Positions 46,232 through 59,400 of a DNA stretch of 64,000 nucleotides are shown in pieces. The stretch's first letter is position 1, and each line of letters opens with the position of its first letter. Source of the DNA: Vicugna vicugna (taxonomy: Eukaryota); NCBI GenBank assembly GCA_013265495.1, contig MU058687.1, forward strand, positions 4,648,093-4,712,092, given 5' to 3'. The position numbers were made by a program, and so were the translations under genes. Below the pieces are notes generated by a model. It was not told the origin of the DNA, searched no databases, and saw nothing but the letters and a program-made list of their open reading frames with translations.

Positions 46232-48559
46232 ATTTTGATCGTACTGATGAGCATGAACTACAGGAGCAATGATGAAAGAGACATGCATATCTCCTTTTAA
46301 CCTGATGTCAACTTTTAAGACATGCATAGTGTCCCATTGATTCTTGGGAGATAGATGTGTGGGTGGGTAAGCAAATGGCTCTTGAGGGGAGGAGGACGGG
46401 ACATCTGTTAGAATGGTACCCTTGCTCTGTCTCCTTATAGTGGTTCTAACGCCTGTTCAGTCCCCTAGTCTTTTCTTTCGAGCACTTGCTGTTGACTCCT
46501 GGGCGGCCCACCTTGGGACTTCTTTAAGAAGGCCGTGTCATGAGACCATGGAGACCCTCTGGCTTCCCGAGGCTTCCAGCTCAAGGGCATTGTCCCTGAG
46601 GCTGTTAGATGAGGTCCAACTTTCTCCAGTTTGATGTTCCTGAGAATTGCACTTCCTTTCCAGAATCGAAGAAACAGAAAGTACCAGCAGTTTATTTTCC
46701 TAAAAATGAGCCTTTGAAAGAACATCAGAGAGTTAAAATGAACATTTTAACACACCGTGTCGCCATAGGTGTCGATGTGACCCACGCAATTCACGTGTCA
46801 TGTGTTTAACTTTGCATCCTCTGTGCTGGGATTTTCCTGTTTTGTTTGTTTGCCTGTTATGTTAGTGGTGCTTTATCTTTTGCCCTCTGTTCCTTGCTCC
46901 CCTTCCCTGGCTCTGTTTCCATGGGAACGTTTCTGCCACACTAAGGGAGGCTGGAGGTTAGTGACATGGAGCAGTGGGTTTTGAAGTCAGTTTGTGCCTC
47001 GGTTTTGAAGTGTTTGCTCGGGTCTAAGAGATACAGGGTACTGTGTGATAGCTATTTGGGTATCAACTACACACAGCACAGGAGTTATTCTTAAAATGAG
47101 CAAAGGCCCTTGCGAGGTGAGCCCCAGTACTTTCATGTCCCATGAGCTAAGCCTTGGCATTTCCTTCAGATTAAACAAAAAGAATGGAAAGTGTTGTCCC
47201 TGATGTTCAAATTGGGCTGGGAACAAAGCGCCGAGGGCTGTCAGAGGAAACTACACTAAAAGAAGTGGCAGTATCTTTTAGGCATTTTTGGTGTCAAATG
47301 TTTATTCTGGGTTTTTTTGCTGTGATTATTTTTAATGAGCCCCCTCCCCAGTGCATCATTCTCCTTTCTAAACTGTCTTCCTGACTATCATTTCCTGCCA
47401 TGAGCATGCGGGAAAGCCAACCGCTGTCATCCTTTCTTCCTTGTCCTCACATTCTTAAGATGTGACTTAAAAGAGAAAAAATTATATTGTTCTTTTGCTC
47501 AAATAGGGGAGAAGGAAAACCGTCGTTTCGGTGCAGAAGGTAACGGACGATGGGAGGAGGCTACCGTGACAATGTCTGTAATGCACTGACGTATACTGAG
47601 CACACTACTTTGGTTTGTGGTCTCAAGTTAAATACTGCATATGCTCAGAGGATGATTCTTTTCATAATCGTGTTAGCCTCAGTGGGAGAGCACTTGTGTT
47701 AGTTTCTGTAACTGAAAATGCCAAGTGCCTATTTTCAGTTACCGACAGTTTTAGTTTTCGGTAGCAGAGACACAACTCTTCAAATACATATCTGTTCTCT
47801 TTAATTCTAGTTGCTTTGTAAAGAAATTAAATTTTTTTTTCTATTTTTCTGCTTTGTGGATGTCACCTTCAGAGTAAGGGTAGGGGGTGACTGGTTTTTT
47901 TTTTCTTTTTGCCAACTTTTAAGTAACTGGCTTTCGAGAGTGATTCCCTACAGGACTATTTTGTGCATAGTTTGCCTCTGGGCAGAGGTTGTGGGAAAGT
48001 AGGTGTGATGTATATTAGAGCAGCCAAATAATTAGCATCATAGTACGGAGAGCGTGGTTAGCTGCCCGTTGAGGTCTGTGTATCTACATACAACTTGGAT
48101 TTTTCTGTTTCCGCACTAGGCTGGTTACATCTATAATTCCTAGATTTGAGCAAAAAAAGACTTACTCTTTTATCAGAGTAAACTTCTGTCACATTCATAG
48201 AGCATGGCCTTTTTCTTGTCGCTGAAAGGTGTTTCTGTGTCCACTCACTCATGACGTAGTTATTAAGCATCCACTATGTGCCAGGGTAGCGGAGGTGACA
48301 GTACAATCTTGCCCCTCAAACAGACTTTAGAAGGTTATGCTCAGTAGCGGATGTCCAACAAGTAACTCATGTACTTTAAGAAATGGGTGATCAAACTTTG
48401 GAGGCAAATGTTTTATGGAGTTTTTAGTGATTCATTTCTTCTTTTAAAAAAAATGGTCACGTACATCTCAGATAAACCATTCGTGGATGGCTAAATTATT
48501 TTTTTCTAGATAAATATAGGAGCCAAGGAATTAAATGGGTGAGAGAAGCATCCATTAGG

Positions 48560-48730
48560 CATACTCTTACCAAGTGGTGTGACCTTGGCAAATTTATCTA
48601 ATCTCTTTGAATCTCAGTATCCTCATCTATAAAATGGGGGCATACTTCATATTATGAGGCAGTTGTGAAGATTATTTGTGATGAATCCAATCCTTAGTGT
48701 TTGTCCAATAAATGGTAGTGATTATTACAG
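48560..48730 (+). mobile_element. MIR SINE
   Basis: gtgtgaccttggcaaatttatctaatctctttgaatctcagtatcctcatctataaaatgggg. Confidence 0.85.
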
Positions 48731-49199
48731 GTGTTGAGAGGATGGTAGGTTGTAAAAAGAATGTCATTCAAAGTCTAGTCCTTTGCATAAGAACGAGGAA
48801 GAGGAAACACCTGTATACATGTGATTAAAGTTGATAGCTGTGATCATGCTGTGAAGAGTACATAGTTCTTTTTGGAAGGGTAATTTGATTACAGAGATAT
48901 TTCTTTGAAGAGGTAATATGCTAAATGAAATCATCAGTGGCCTGAAAGTGTTAATAAGGTTCTGGGAAAGGAACCATTTACTCTCTCTTCACCTGAGATA
49001 AAATGTAATGCACACATGTATTTAATAAATTGTGATAGCTGGTGGGCATTGTAAGCTATCCTCGACCCATTTTTTTCTTTCAGCTTTTCTTTTCCAAGCC
49101 CCCATGCTTTGTAAGGATCAGTTAATGAGTCCAGCTGACTGCCTTGGTTGCTGTAAATAGAATGCTTCCTCGCTTCCTCTGCCCCTTACCCATAAAATT

Positions 49200-49243
49200 G
49201 ATGATGATGATGATGATGATGATGATAGTAATAATAATAATAA
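49200..49243. repeat. Compound (GAT)9/(AAT)4 trinucleotide repeat
   Basis: Directly visible. It produces the poly-M and poly-I artefact ORFs. Confidence 0.95.
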
Positions 49244-50559
49244 ATGAAGCCTGTCTAGTACTGCTCCAAAGAGGATACACTGGAGGACAAAGGAATGTCA
49301 CCAAACACGAAATGTTTAACACAACCAAATGTTAGGTGTTGAATGATGACTTTGAGAGCAGTGACCAAATATAAGGGAACAATATGTTGCCTTGGGTTGT
49401 AGGTATCAAGATTCTAAAAATCCAGGAAATGGAATAATAGGACTGAAGACACTAGACAGTAGGACTGAAATCTAAGACTTTGCTTTCTTGTACTGATTTA
49501 TTTATTTTTTAAACTTCCAATGATTTCACAACTGCTAAGATCCTCCAGGCAAACAGTGTCCCTTTTATACTATTAATTCTACTTTAACAGAAATTCAATC
49601 AAAGGAAAAACAATCTATTATTTCAGTAGGCTATGTATTTGTTTCAGGTCATTCTTCTCTAACTTAGCCTATTTGAAACAGTACTGGTTGATCTCAATAA
49701 CCACATAAAATTGTCAATTTTATTTGACCACCAACCATGCTAATGGCTTATAAAGAAATTGTTCAAAGGCTGGGGAAAAATAAATATATCTAACTTGAAT
49801 ACTAAAATCTGAAGGGAAAAATCAATTAGACATAGACAATATATACAAAGTTTTGCTAAATGACTTGTCTCCAAACAGAAAATGGGTAGTCTTTTAAAGT
49901 AATTTTTTTTTTAGAATAGTCTTTTTTAGTATTTCCTAGAGCAATCTGACTCATTTAGATTGAAATATCTGTCGGAAGCTATGTCCCAGTTCAAATGATC
50001 CTGACATTAAAATGTCTCCACATATTCTCCCCCATCTTTCCCCTTCCAGCTTGTTAGCTATAATTAGTATTAAGCTCCCTTGCGGGGGCAGAAGTCCAAC
50101 CAAAATAACAGCCATGCACTCAGCAACTTCTCAGAACAGCTAAAAAAGCTTCTTCTCATTTGCCACTGTCTGAAGTGGTATCTACATTTCCTCCTCCTGC
50201 TTCCTTAAACATCAATAAAAAAATCCAAACGGATTTGGAAGACTGATATTTTGATTCCACCTCCTGCATAGAATATCTTAGTGCTTTTCAATTGCTTTAG
50301 GGAGCTTTCCACAATAAAATTCTGTTAACTCTAACACCATTTTGAACTCTTCCTTGCCCACATTCTGATAAGAAGTGTATCCTGGCACAGCTTTATCTCT
50401 GTTGATAACGGGCTTTGTGGCTATAGGGAAATGTTGATACAGGGAGCGAGCATCTATCATTTTGACACCTACTCTTTAGCAGATGAAGAGAGTAATGAGT
50501 GCTTGGGGTGCAACACTGCAGAGCAATGTGAGCAGTCAGGATGCACGGACCGACTGATA

Positions 50560-50810
50560 GACGTCTCTGGATTTGTGCAGCGGTCATATATCTATGGCTA
50601 TCATTCTTTCTTCCTTTACTCATTTCTTTTCATTTTTCTTCAATAGTCTGTCATTTGTTGCTTCAATCCACTTCATTTTTCTCCATTTCTTGGTCTTTTT
50701 GCTCTCTGCCATAATTCTGGATGAAATTGTGAAGTGCCCTAAATCCTTCTCTTTTCTGTCCTTGATTGCTTTCAATGGTTCCAGTGATGTCATTGGAAAT
50801 TTGGTGGAAA
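50560..50810 (-). mobile_element. Possible ancient RTE-clade LINE C-terminal fossil
   Basis: Minus frame 50793-50620 reads MTSLEPLKAIKDRKEKDLGHFTISSRIMAESKKTKKWRKMKWIEATND. This resembles the RTE/BovB C-terminus (SLExL...YxGH...GKIEGKRxRGRxRMRWxD). Confidence 0.4.
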
Positions 50811-52609
50811 TTGATTACGTTCTGAGAGGGAAACAGAAGTAGAAACCTTATGTCCACCTTTCGTAGAAAAATGTGATTACTTATGAATACTGAAAGTTTT
50901 TTTTTCTTAATTCACGTTCATGTATGCGGTGTTTCCCATGTGCCTGGAAATCGGTTTAACTCATTCATAACTTAAAAGCAAATAATTATAAGGGAGGATT
51001 CTAAAATGTAAAAGTATAGGAGTAGGAACTCAATCACACTTTTAGGAAATAAAATGCAACTCGTTTATATTAAACCAAATAGAGGGAAAATAGTAGTCTC
51101 TTTGTAAATACATAATAAGATTGAATTTTCAATGACTCAATTGGGTAAAAATGAAATATTCAGAGAAAATACGTGCAAAGAGAGATCTCAAAAAATGTGT
51201 CTCTTTTATACTCATTTGTATTACAAGTTGAACATTTCATTAGAATTATGATATTTTTAGTTTATTTCTCCTTCCAAGAGTACATAGATCTATAGGTGCT
51301 AAATGTGGGTTCTTCAGCTATTGAAAATTGCAACTTGTTTAGGTAAATTAGTAGAAATCCTTTCCCTACACAGATGAATATCAGTGCCCCTAACTGCAGT
51401 TCAAAAGTCCCAAACTCCAGCACTCTTGTAATCAGGGTTCCTTGTATTTTTCATTGACCTTCAACATTAGACATTTTATTTAAATAAAATCCGAAACAGG
51501 CTATGCTGTTATGTATCAGATACTCTTTTGGTTTTTCCTCCTAATACATTGGCTAAGTGGTTATAATATCAAAGGAAAAGGTTGGAATATTGCATTTCAT
51601 TTGGTGGGGTTCTGTCTGTGTGCTCCTTCCTGTGACTGTGGCTAAACTGGGTAGCAGGGAATCATGAATTCTATAGATCAGGACAGTTGACTTCTGGTAC
51701 TTTCTTTGGTGAATTCCTTTCTGGGAGTGACACCACTGCAGACAAAGAGCGGAGCACAGGGGGTAAGGAAAAATGCAGCTTTTCTTCTTGGTCCAGCTAA
51801 TGGGAAGGTACACAGAGAAAAGAGCTTGCCTTGAAAGATGCTGATCTTTCATTTTTTATTCCTTACCCCAAACATATTTATCTGCTGAGTCATTAAAGAG
51901 AGCAAGTTTTATTTATCTTTGTATTTACTATCTTGCCGTAAAAGAGTTTTATCTACTAAAACATCTTGAATGGATATTCTGTTTTGGCACAAAAAGCGCT
52001 TATAACTTGAATTTGTATATAGTGGTTTTTTAAGGTGCCTCCAAATTTTCATACACATATTTTATGTTAAAATTAATAAGCTATTTTCATGAAAGAGGTG
52101 AAAACCAGCCCACTTTCTGATTATATAGATACAGTCGAGTTTAGTTCAACAAATGTTTATTTAATACCTATTATGTGACAGATGACTACACCATGGTCTT
52201 ACAAAAAAAATGATTCAAAATAAATCAGACAAAGGTTCTTATCTTCAGGCCATTCAGATTAAATATAAAAGGACACAGGACAGCATGATTAACATCGATA
52301 GAGTTTAGTCCTGGGATTCCTGGGATGAGACTCAAGGCACTGGTGAATTTCTTGTTGTGCACTAACATCTGATTTAGACCCCTTCCTCTTTCTCTTTTTT
52401 TTTTTTCCCCCATCCTAGGCATTAATTTTTGACATCTCCTCTCATTTTTATTATCTTTCTGTTCTTCCTTCATTGTTAATACAATGCAAATTCCACCAAA
52501 AAGCCCAAAGAACCAAGGTTTTGGCATCATTACTCTCAGTTCAGAGAGAAAGCATGCACGCGACGCAAGGAAGACATTGTAAGGAATATGTGCCTCTGTC
52601 TACTGGCAC

Positions 52610-52862
52610 ACGCTTTCTTATGGAAATCTGATGAGACCCATGTGTGCAATTTTAAATTTTCAAGTAGCAACATTAAAAACACTGAGACAGCTTTTTGACA
52701 ACGGAAACCTATGATCAGTTTTGTAAATCTAAATTCCAGTTGATTAAAATGAAATAAAACTAGAAATTTAGTTCCTCGGTCTTATTTGCCGCAGTCTTAT
52801 TTCATCTGCTCAGTAGCCACATGAGACTGCTGAATGACCACGTACTGGAGAGTTGGAGGGCT
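52610..52862. mobile_element. Charlie1-family MITE (MER33-like left part, MER3-like right part)
   Basis: aattttaaattttcaagtagcaacattaaaaa (MER33-like), then ttaaaatgaaataaaactagaaatttagttcctc...tgctcagtagccacatg (antisense MER3-like). Confidence 0.7.
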
Positions 52863-53094
52863 AGAACGCACCGTAGGCTTAAACATACGTAGCATATTCT
52901 TGACCCTCACATTGTATTAAGTCCTAATTTCTTAAAACTTTTTGTCTGTTTACATGTGGAAGGGAAGGACAATATGATAGAAAGCTAGCCCAGAACCCAG
53001 ATCAAGAACTCAGATCTCCCAATTCCTGCTTCAGTACCCTATTCTGCAGTGTCACACTGAGGAAGGGAAAATGTAGGGAAGAAGGAAAAAATAA

Positions 53095-53320
53095 GAGCGA
53101 ACATTGATTGTGAACTTAACTCATGTCAGGCACAATTCCAAGAAATTTATGTATTTCTTATAAATAATTTAGCATGTATTCTACATCCCTCACCCTACAG
53201 ATGAGGAAACTGGGAATTGGATAAGTCTAATAACCTTGCCAAGATCATTTAACTAGCAAGTGGCAGGCCTGGGATTTGAGAACGCTTGGACTGATGCTAG
53301 ATTTAATGGCTTAAACTCCA
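53095..53320 (-). mobile_element. MIR SINE
   Basis: acagatgaggaaactggg...accttgccaagatcatttaactagcaagtggcaggcctgggatttga. Confidence 0.8.
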
Positions 53321-55959
53321 CCATGGGAAGGAAATCCAAGAAGGGGCTCCCATGTATCTGCTTCTTCTAAAGTTTGCAGATCTATGTTCTACAATGAGTT
53401 CTCAGGTTGGCTTTGGAGCTCCTGATACCTCCGATGGATATGCTATAGTGAAAAAAACATCAAGGCTTCCTGAAATTTCTATCATCACTTGGAACATTAT
53501 TACCTTAACCCTTAAGGGGCTTTGTAAGATACAGACTTTGGCAATAAGGGGACATGTTAGGAGCAGGGTTCCGGTAGGGGCCAGAATAAAGGAACATATA
53601 TTATTTTTAAAGTATCCCATTTTAGGAACTTACTCACCACATACTTGGGTTGGTTATAACAAATTTAGAGGATTGAGGCAAACATTTTATGGGTCCATGG
53701 TTCCTTGGTCTCTAAAATGAATTTAGATTAATTTAACAGTCATTTATGGAGCACCTACAATTTGCCAGAGTTGCTGGTAGGTGTGGAGGCTGTAAATATA
53801 TATGAATTATATTTTAATAAGCACAATATATTCAAAAGAAAACTTGTCTTTCTAACTTTTGTTTTAAGAGACTTTAATCTCTTTCTGTAAGTGGCATTGT
53901 TTTGACCAAGCATGCTGCTATGAGTTCAGTTGTTCTTGGCTCATACTGAGTCAATACTCTGCATAGCATCATTGCAATTCTTGATGGATAAAGAATTGGG
54001 TAATGAGTTAATTTGTGAACTCGCCACCAATGCTGTCATCTGAGCTGTGTTTCTGATGATCCCTTGTGTAATTTGCATCTCTATCAGAAGATATGCAGGA
54101 AAATAAAAGCAGCAAAAAAATTTATAATTTCCCTTCCAGTCATCAGCCCCCATGAGCATTTGGATCGAAGATAGGTAACCTTGAATTAAAACAAAATGAT
54201 ATTATGGGAATTTTCCAACTATTCATTTCATTTAATCCTCATCTCCCATTAGTGAATTTGCTCATATTAAATTTCTGTGTATTGCATTTTGTAGAATTAA
54301 ATAAAAATGATTGTATCAAAAGACTATCCAAATCAGCCAAATTTTCTGCCAGGGAATTTATTTTGTATAGTCATCCTCGGACTAAAATATTTGAAAAATA
54401 AATAGCAGTATTGGGTAATACAGCTATGACATTGGAATAACAGATAATAATGAGGAAAAGAAGCAAAAACTTGTGCAAAGGAAAGGAGAATTGTTTTGAA
54501 GATGATATTTCAAAAGAGAGCAGTGGTGAGCTACTGTGATGCTGTAGGAAGTTTCAGGAGTAGGTTTAGGGTATAAGCAAGGTTGGATACTATAGGAAAA
54601 ACCTGGACGAAGGCACCAGTTGGAAAACTATTGGTTTATAGGAAAAACAGTAGTGACCTTAGAAGTAGAGTATTTGATAGATCCTTCAGCCATATATTTT
54701 GGCTTCTATGTCAAGGTGGATGACAGTTGTTGATTGCATAGCTTTATAGGAAAGATGATTGGCAGTGACTCAATATTATGAAGAACTTGGCAAAGTCTAT
54801 AAAATGTCCATGGTGTAACTTCTTTTTATTATGAGTACTGCCTGGAATTTTTACTTGAAAAAGAATAATCTCTTGAAACACATTCACGAAAGGCGAAGAT
54901 TTCATGACCCAGTGGGTGGAGTGAGACTGAGACACTGAGATACAGTACCAGTGAAAAGGGGAATAAAAATCCTGCAGGAACATGTAATTGGAGTAGGAGT
55001 AGGATTCTTTCTGCAGATCATCAAGGAAGCCTGTGGAGGAAGAGATTTCTCAGCTAAAGCTATGAAAGTTCCATTTCTGGCTTGGCCACTGAATGAATGA
55101 CTCACTATTTGCCATTGTCAGCTCACTTAACTTATGTGTGCCTTTAGATTTTTCACTTGAATGGTCAAGATGAATATGGTACAGTATAGCATAGAAAGTC
55201 ACAAGGTTGGGTTAAGAGAATTTTATACAGAACAAAGGAACTGGAGTGTCATCTCCTCCCCGGCCTTCTCCCTCCTTCTAAACTGACACAAGGTTCAAAA
55301 CTTTGATTACACAAGTTAAGTTTTTTTTCCTCCTAATATCCCACTTAAATTCCGTAGCAGTTTGGGTCCATGTATTCTTTTGACACTCATGGTAACATCA
55401 GCAGTGGAGCCAGCATCCCTTTTAATAAAATCTCATTGTAAAATTATAGACAGATATCAACCCACAATTGTCTCTAATTACTTATGATCCCTCTCACTTT
55501 AATAAGTTTGCTTCATAGTCTCTGTGTCTAGCTTAATTTCTTCAGTCTTCTAAAAACTGTGGAGGAGCCAGACAAAAGCACTGCAGCCAGAGCATGGCTA
55601 ATCTTGACGACACAGAGCACGGCTGTTACCGTACACTTAAAGTAACTGTCAGTTAAGAAGCAATGATGCTAAATTGCTGACTCACAGCTAATGGTTTACT
55701 CTGCCCACCTCCACCCACATTTAGGTTTGAGTACACTTTCCATATATTGAGCTTATGTGTTGGTTTATATCCAGAAAGTTTCTTGGTACTGTTGACCTTA
55801 ACACACTGGTTAATTACATAAATCAAATTAAATTATGTAAACTCCATATTAATCAGGCAGACAAGACGAACGTTGTGGAGTAAGAAAAGTTCATCTTGGC
55901 TGGCCTCCCTTAAAGTTGTCCTCACTTCTGTCCCCACTATTTGATGAGGAAAAATTGCT

Positions 55960-56130
55960 CCAGTTCATTGAGTTACTGTGGGCCAAACACTGAGTATTTG
56001 CTTTCTATGCATTATTGCATTTAATCTTTTAGAATGAGGTGACTGTTTAATATGAGAAGAAACTGAGGCTTGAAGGAAGTTATTAATCCAGGGCAATATG
56101 CTGGGAGGTTTAACTCCAGAATCCATGGTT
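55960..56130 (-). mobile_element. MIR SINE
   Basis: ttcattgagttactgtgggccaaacactg...cattattgcatttaatctt...gaagaaactgaggcttgaagg. Confidence 0.7.
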
Positions 56131-56279
56131 TTCGCAGGAATTGGGGCTTGAGACCACCTTTTAACTTCCATTAACATCTCCAGGGAATCCTTTCCTCACA
56201 AACTTTTTTCCTCTTTCCAATCAAAAAATATGTTCCTAGAAAATGACTTACATTAATTCACAGTTGGACATAAATTATT

Positions 56280-56480
56280 TATAATAAGAACAGCTAACGT
56301 ATTAAGGACCTAATATGTTCTAAGCCCTATATCAGATACTTAACATGCATTGTAGGATTACTTTGTAGGATTAATCATACTGCATAGGTGTCACTCTGTT
56401 TCATAGACTGAAAAGCCAAGCTTCTGAGAACTTGATTTACCCAAAATCATACATGGAATAGAAATGGTTTCAGGTGAGCC
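56280..56480 (-). mobile_element. MIR SINE
   Basis: aataagaacagctaacgtattaaggacctaatatgttctaagcc...ttttcatagactgaaaagccaagc...gatttacccaaaatcatac. Confidence 0.65.
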
Positions 56481-59400
56481 TTAGTGTTATTGCTCTCACA
56501 TAATGTGAGAAGAATGTCAACATTAAATAAACATTTTTCTAACTGTTCCAGATTATCATCAAGCAGTACAAAAAGAATATGTGGATCAGGTGGACTTTAC
56601 TATCAGTTTCAGAAACACACAGCTGGTGGCTACGTAATGCCTCTGCTCTTGGAGCTATCATTATCTGCATCTGTTCCCTGTTCTTTAGTCAGATGTTTGT
56701 AAGGAATATATGACTTAAATACAACATGCCCCTAAAAATACAGAACAAAAGCCACCCAGAAAGTGAGGGTGGTGGGTCGTATGATTTATCCACTTGTCTT
56801 CTGGTAGTCAGATACTTCTAGGTGGGTCTCTAGGAATTTGTACAAAAATATTTTTTGAATCCAGAAATAATGCTTGACTATCGCTAATTGAAATGATCAA
56901 GTCAATCTTATGTTTGTTCTGTCTAATCATAATAAATGTCATTTTTTTTTGAGAGATGGAGAAAGAATGAGATCTAAGTCCTTCCTGTATCCAATCTGGA
57001 GGGAAATCCACTCACGTGGTTCTACCAGGTTTGATGTTTAATAAGTCAAAGTATTAAAATAGACCTTCTTACTTCACAGGCATTGTGAATTCTCTCTGGA
57101 TGGCATAAAAATCTATCAATGATCAGAACAGATCACTGGAGAGCAGTGAAAGTATTCGTTTTAGGGGGAAGAGTGTTTTGTGCCATAATAGTAATGATAC
57201 TGCCCATTCATTTGGGGGAAAAACATACAGACACATACACACATGACAATCTTGTCTGTATCATAGATATGCTTAATTCCTTTTAAAATAGACAAGATAC
57301 AACAGTTATTTAAATTTAAGTGGAATGTTTATAAGGGAAGCGCTTTAGAATAACAGAAATAAGTAAAAGCAAACTAAAATGACTGAACCTTTGGAATCAG
57401 TCATGAAGTACCTTTTAAACCGATTTTTGGTTTTACTCTTTTGCAGAGCAATTAATATGCTAATATAGATGACCATTTTAGCAGTGTTTGCAATGCATTT
57501 ATATCCATGCGTATACATTTAATCCAACCTACATATACAGGCTTAATATACATACAGAGAGCACACCAGCTTGTCATAACTGTAAAGGTAAAAAAAAAAA
57601 AAATGAACTGCTTGAGACTAAAGTACTATATTGAAGTGGGAGTTTTTATATTTCGAAAACAGATTCTGAAAGCCCTTTAAAGGGTTCTGAAAGATTGATT
57701 AGAATTATAAATTTTTATATGCAAGGTCTCTCTTTTTACAATTCTCCCCACACCATCTTATCCTTCTCTATAATACCTTTCTTTGTCATTGCTTCTTTTC
57801 TCTCTGCGAGAATAAAAATAATTTCCAAGGGCAGATTCTATCTTGCAAGAGCTCTTCCCCAAGGAGATGCATGTATCTTCTTAATTTATTATATCTCACA
57901 ATAATCTCTCATCGGAGAACTGAAGGAAAATTAAAACCTCACAGAGATGGTGCTCACATATGCTTTGGAACATTCTCTACCACTGACTCTTGGTAAAAAG
58001 AGTGAATATACTCTTCTCCTGACAGGATTACCCATTTTATTGATCATACATTGTGATATTTTAAAATTCTATGCAAGTCTTTTGTGAGACAAGGAACACT
58101 TGAATGTGTGAATGATTTTAATATAAGCTTAAATGAAATATTATTAGGAAAATAAATATTCTGAAATCTCCACTTTCCTCCTCCACTCTCCCCTCAAAAG
58201 AAATTCTAAGTGTCACTCATTTCAAACAAAATGTAGACTGCTTGTTACTATTTTTTTTTATCATGCATATCACTACTCCTTATTAGCAGTTAAAACTGAG
58301 CATTAACTGTGAGCTAGTTCTGGAAAAAAAAATCTTTTCCTGATATGTCTTAACATACTGCCTCTGAGAAATACTAAAAGAGACTTTGAGTTTTCTCTGG
58401 TTTGAATGAGTAAACTAACTTCCTTTTCTAATTCTGTGCATCTGATACCTCTCATCAACATCCCAAATTGCATTCAGCAAATTTCAAAGCATTTACTGAT
58501 GAATGAGATGTTCCTGTTGAATTCTGAATCAGTGCGCTCCTTCTCATACAGAGAAACACCTAGACTCTCTGAAATGTAGTTGTTATTTCTGGGACTCATA
58601 CCTTCCCAGCAAAGACGCAGATTCTTACAGTTCAAGAAATACCAGTGAAGTGTGTATTATTGCCTTCATTACACAAAATGCTTGTGGAAAACACCCTATC
58701 AATTCCAATTATGTTCTACAGGAAAAAAAAAAAAAGGGAAACTGAAAAGCTGAAAGGCAATCCTAGACTATTTGACGGAGCTGGTTAATAGCTACTGAAC
58801 AATATGTAATTGTAAAAAGTGTGGCAAAATGATAAAAATAAGCTGAGCATTTGTTAAAGAACTGAAAACATGACAATAAAAGATGCCAGAAGGCAGTTTC
58901 GCTTTCTCTGTTCCTTCTTCATCGTTTGATGATTTTACTGTTTCACTTCTATTTACATACCAAGTTGATTCTTTTGCATCTGGATTTTGCACAATTCTTT
59001 CAATAATGTACGGTTCAGTGGCTATAATTACAGGATTGTTAAAGTTCACATTTTACTATTCATCTTGTTATCTCTAGTAATGGAAGCTTAGAATAAATGC
59101 ACATAATTACACAGTTGGTCCTAAATTATTTTTATATTGCTCTTGCTAGGATACCCTCGAAAAGCAGCATTTATTCTCTAAGATTTATTGTTGGTGGTAG
59201 TGGGTTCTAGCAAAATGAAAGTAATAAATACGTAAATGGACTGGTCCTAGGAGCTTACGATCTGTAGTTTTTTCAAATTCATTCATCTCTCTGAGCCTGC
59301 TGGGAATAAGAGGTGCTTGGAATCCTGGAAGAAACCACATCATGCATCAGAACTCTGATAATAGGAAAATTTCCCTCATGGTGTATTTATCGTTTGATCT

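Noticed and set aside
49122..49335. ORFs with poly-Met and poly-Ile runs
   Set aside because: Translations of the (GAT)n/(AAT)n microsatellite.
58792..59077. Minus-strand ORF with a GT...AG mini-intron-like segment
   Set aside because: No recognisable protein family, weak flanking exon signals and AT-rich composition.
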